NCBI GenBank assembly: GCA_016839785.1
Contig: JAEOTQ010000024.1
Span: 1 to 44,211, forward strand
Length of the DNA stretch: 44,211 nucleotides
DNA from: Candidatus Hodarchaeota archaeon
GTDB taxonomy: Archaea > Asgardarchaeota > Heimdallarchaeia > Hodarchaeales > Hodarchaeaceae
Direction of reading: 5' to 3'
A model generated the notes under the pieces. The model made no database searches. It was not told the origin of the DNA and worked only from the letters and a program-made list of their open reading frames with translations. The position numbers and the translations under genes are program-made. Below, piece by piece: positions 37,714 through 44,211 of this stretch (positions within the stretch are counted from its first letter, which is position 1; each line of letters opens with the position of its first letter).

Positions 37714-38157
37714 TTACCGCATTGGTTTTTCTTTTCTTCCAGAGAGCATAGCTTTTAGACTTACTCCGTTGACATGGACTACTCTATAACGCACTCCAGG
37801 AAGATCTCCAACAGCTCCACCCTTTCCTCCACCGATCCCTTCAATTGAAACTTCATCATGCTCATCAATAAATAATAATCCCCCGTCTCCTGGAACAAAA
37901 GCAGTAACTTGTTTTCCATTTTTGATTAGCTGAACTCTCACACATTTCCTGATAGCTGAATTTGGTTGTTTTGATTCAATCCCTACTTTCTCTATTACAA
38001 TCCCACGAGCTTGCGGAGAACCTTCAAGGGGGTCATATTTTTCCTTCAAGCGGAGTACTTTTCTTTTATATGTTGTACTCTTCCAACGAAATTTTTTTCG
38101 TTTCTTAACCAGCTTATTTGCTGCGAATTCGCCTCGTGGTGATTTCAATCCAGTCAT
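37714..38157 (-). CDS. rps12: 30S ribosomal protein uS12
   Basis: [28 protein letters not shown]. Confidence 0.98.
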   Translation of the reverse strand: MTGLKSPRGEFAANKLVKKRKKFRWKSTTYKRKVLRLKEKYDPLEGSPQARGIVIEKVGIESKQPNSAIRKCVRVQLIKNGKQVTAFVPGDGGLLFIDEHDEVSIEGIGGGKGGAVGDLPGVRYRVVHVNGVSLKAMLSGRKEKPMR

Positions 38158-38295
38158 GTTTTTTCGCCTAATGTTTGTAGATATATGTGAGTATTATTTT
38201 CTCTTAATTTTACTGTTTAGTATTGCAATAAACGTATTTAACTTTGTTTTTAGTAAGGTTTTTGAACAGTTTGGCTTTCGCTTTCCTCTGTTAGA

Positions 38296-38736
38296 TTAAT
38301 TTGGACACTGAATAATTACGTTTTTTACCCCAAAATGTCTCTTTAGTAATAGACGCGATCGCTGTATATTTCTACCATTTTTACCAATAGCTTTTCCTTT
38401 TTCCCGTTGAACTACTGTAACTATTACTGTTTTACGACCTGATTTCTCAACAACTTCAACATTTTTTGTTTTTGCTGGTGCCAATGTGTTTGATACGAAT
38501 TTCTCAATCCTCTCTGAATATTCAACTACTTCGACATTCTTATTGAAGTGCTCACGTAGTCTTTGGATCGTAGTACCTCCCCTTCCAATGACTTTTCCTG
38601 TATCATTTCTGCGAACAATGAAGATAACCCTATTATCTTCTTTTTCCCATATACAATCGATAGCTAGAGCTCCTGTCAATCCTTCTAATGTCGATATAAA
38701 GCTCAATTCCTCTTGAGACATTCGTATACTAGACAA
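38296..38736 (-). CDS. nusA: Archaeal NusA (two KH domains)
   Basis: GKVIGRGG, VEYS, GKAIGKNGRNI; synteny with eL30 and uS12. Confidence 0.96.
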   Translation of the reverse strand: MSSIRMSQEELSFISTLEGLTGALAIDCIWEKEDNRVIFIVRRNDTGKVIGRGGTTIQRLREHFNKNVEVVEYSERIEKFVSNTLAPAKTKNVEVVEKSGRKTVIVTVVQREKGKAIGKNGRNIQRSRLLLKRHFGVKNVIIQCPN

Positions 38737-38747
38737 TGATGAACTTC

Positions 38748-39050
38748 CTATTCGATATATTCAAGAATTTTGGAATTTCCTGGATCTAGGATAGCAATTG
38801 TTGAAACTTTATGTGGACGTCCACATACAGCTCCCAACTCTTTTCCACTTTTTTCATAAGAGATAATTGGTATTTTTGAAAGCTCGCAGTTTCTCTTTAA
38901 TTCTTCTGCAATGTTCAAGGGTAAATTGCTAGAAACAATCGTTGCTTTTACTTTCCCACTTAGTACACTTTTAAGGACATCATTGTATCCCATTTTTACT
39001 TTCCCTGTACTCATTGCCATATTTATTGCCTTTTCAATGTCTGGTTTCAT
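38748..39050 (-). CDS. rpl30e: 50S ribosomal protein eL30
   Basis: TGKVKMG, ELGAVCGRPH, ILDPGNSKIL. Confidence 0.97.
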   Translation of the reverse strand: MKPDIEKAINMAMSTGKVKMGYNDVLKSVLSGKVKATIVSSNLPLNIAEELKRNCELSKIPIISYEKSGKELGAVCGRPHKVSTIAILDPGNSKILEYIE

Positions 39051-39052
39051 AT

Positions 39053-42946
<3,894 letters not shown>

Positions 42947-43303
42947 AGTGTATTCTCCCAGTCATAGTGTCAGCTGAGTAAGAATTATACGATTAGGAAA
43001 TAATTAGAAATTTTTTGTTTGCGCTGTTCGCACGGAATTTGAGCATTAATCAACTAATGCAAAATTAAAAATGATTTATGTAGTTTCATAGAGAATTCGA
43101 TTGGTTAAGGATTTCGAAACATTGAGTGAGTGTTTATATAGTGAAAAAGATCGTCTTCAAGAAAATAAATAACCTCATGCTATTTTTTCTTTAACCTGAT
43201 GAACCTAGTCCAATTGGAAGCATTATTATGAACTTTAAAAAGTTTGTCAAACTCAAAATTAGATAAATCTACTTCTTTTTACCTTCAAATTTGAAGAAAG
43301 TGT

Positions 43304-43486
43304 TTAAACTAAATATACATTCAAAGTTAATACTATTAATCCGAAAATTAGTATATACTTTCCAAGTTTAGCTCCAGTAGGAACGTAAATTATTGATCCA
43401 AAAGTAATTGAAACGAGTCCAAATGGTATCGAGATGAAAATATTAATGATTTCCACAAATATCTGAATTATTACCGTTTCTATCAT
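43304..43486 (-). CDS. Small two-TM membrane protein (60 aa)
   Basis: Hydrophobic hairpin with a GAKLGK turn; ATG 43486 lies 4 nt after the upstream stop. Confidence 0.6.
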   Translation of the reverse strand: MIETVIIQIFVEIINIFISIPFGLVSITFGSIIYVPTGAKLGKYILIFGLIVLTLNVYLV

Positions 43487-43490
43487 ATTA

Positions 43491-44093
43491 TTACCATTTC
43501 CAAACAGGAAATTGTGGAAAGTGATTACCAAGGGGAAGAATTACAACTAAAAGACAAATAATACTTTTTCTAATATTTTTGACAAAATTTCTTTCCTGAT
43601 TCATTAGATATAACCCACAATTTCCAATTAGATAAATCAAAGATAGTGTAGCAAGAATGAATAAGAGATACATGCTAATATAAGATGTAAAAGTCTCAAT
43701 CTGGTCGAATCTGGTCGAATTTATACGCTCCATGAGAGAAACATCGTTAAAAAGGAAAATGAACAATGTAATTATACTAAGTGCACGGGCGATCATCCAC
43801 TTCCCATTTTCTTCCCTTTCATCAAGTAAATACGTTATCCCTCCTAATATTAAAGACAAATTTGAAATTATAATAGCGAGAGCATAAAGGAAAGGTAGTA
43901 CTTCAACGAATAAGCCAATAATTGAAGAAGAAATCCCTTCAAATTGATCAATATCAACAATATCACCAAGTAGAATTGCTTGCCCCTTCATTAGGATTGG
44001 ATAGGGATCAACCTCAAATATTTGGCGTGATGGGTACATATTCACAGGATTATTTAATTCACGTTTATAAGAACCATAAAATTTAGTCTTCAC
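43491..44093 (-). CDS. Membrane protein with two hydrophobic hairpins
   Basis: GTG start with a strong GGAGGTGA SD; two TM-loop-TM units. Confidence 0.75.
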   Translation of the reverse strand: MKTKFYGSYKRELNNPVNMYPSRQIFEVDPYPILMKGQAILLGDIVDIDQFEGISSSIIGLFVEVLPFLYALAIIISNLSLILGGITYLLDEREENGKWMIARALSIITLFIFLFNDVSLMERINSTRFDQIETFTSYISMYLLFILATLSLIYLIGNCGLYLMNQERNFVKNIRKSIICLLVVILPLGNHFPQFPVWKW

Positions 44094-44211
44094 GCATCAC
44101 CTCCTCGAAATTGAAGCTGTGGGAGTATTTCCCGCCGTACAAAACGGAGAAACCACCGAGCTATGCATACTAATTCATCAGCTTGTTTAATCATTACTAA
44201 ACTTTCCGAAG
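44090..44211 (-). CDS. 3' end of an unidentified gene entering from the right edge
   Basis: Open frame ...SESLVMIKQADELVCIARWFLRFVRREILPQLQFRGGDA* whose TGA overlaps the next GTG (GTGA). Confidence 0.55.
   Translation of the reverse strand, partial: SESLVMIKQADELVCIARWFLRFVRREILPQLQFRGGDA

Overview
Core-genome window of an Asgard archaeon, probably Heimdallarchaeia. The assignment is inferred from archaeal information-processing genes co-occurring with eukaryote-signature proteins: ribophorin I, a Wbp1-like protein, a Rab-like GTPase, a roadblock protein and a two-domain Rpo5. The window holds reshuffled ribosomal-protein and RNA polymerase operons, much of the translocon and membrane-insertion set (SecE, SecY, FtsY, EMC3/TMCO1, two OST subunits), and an agmatine-centred cluster (decarboxylase, agmatinase, deoxyhypusine synthase, TiaS) with an ArcE-like enzyme nearby. 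It also holds a small-subunit maturation cluster (METTL5, Csl4, Rio1, Dim2) and two tRNAs, one with two introns. Several items are missing from the ORF track: SecE, eL39, a ferredoxin that can apparently only start at ATT, a dual-guide box C/D sRNA aimed at the peptidyl-transferase centre, a second candidate C/D RNA, and an rRNA-mimicking leader before uL10. The best candidate for an undescribed system is a tightly packed Rab-like GTPase / KaiC ATPase / roadblock / FIST / MFS operon with a divergent class III signal-peptide gene. No CRISPR array or mobile element was seen. All calls come from motif recognition only; no searches were run.
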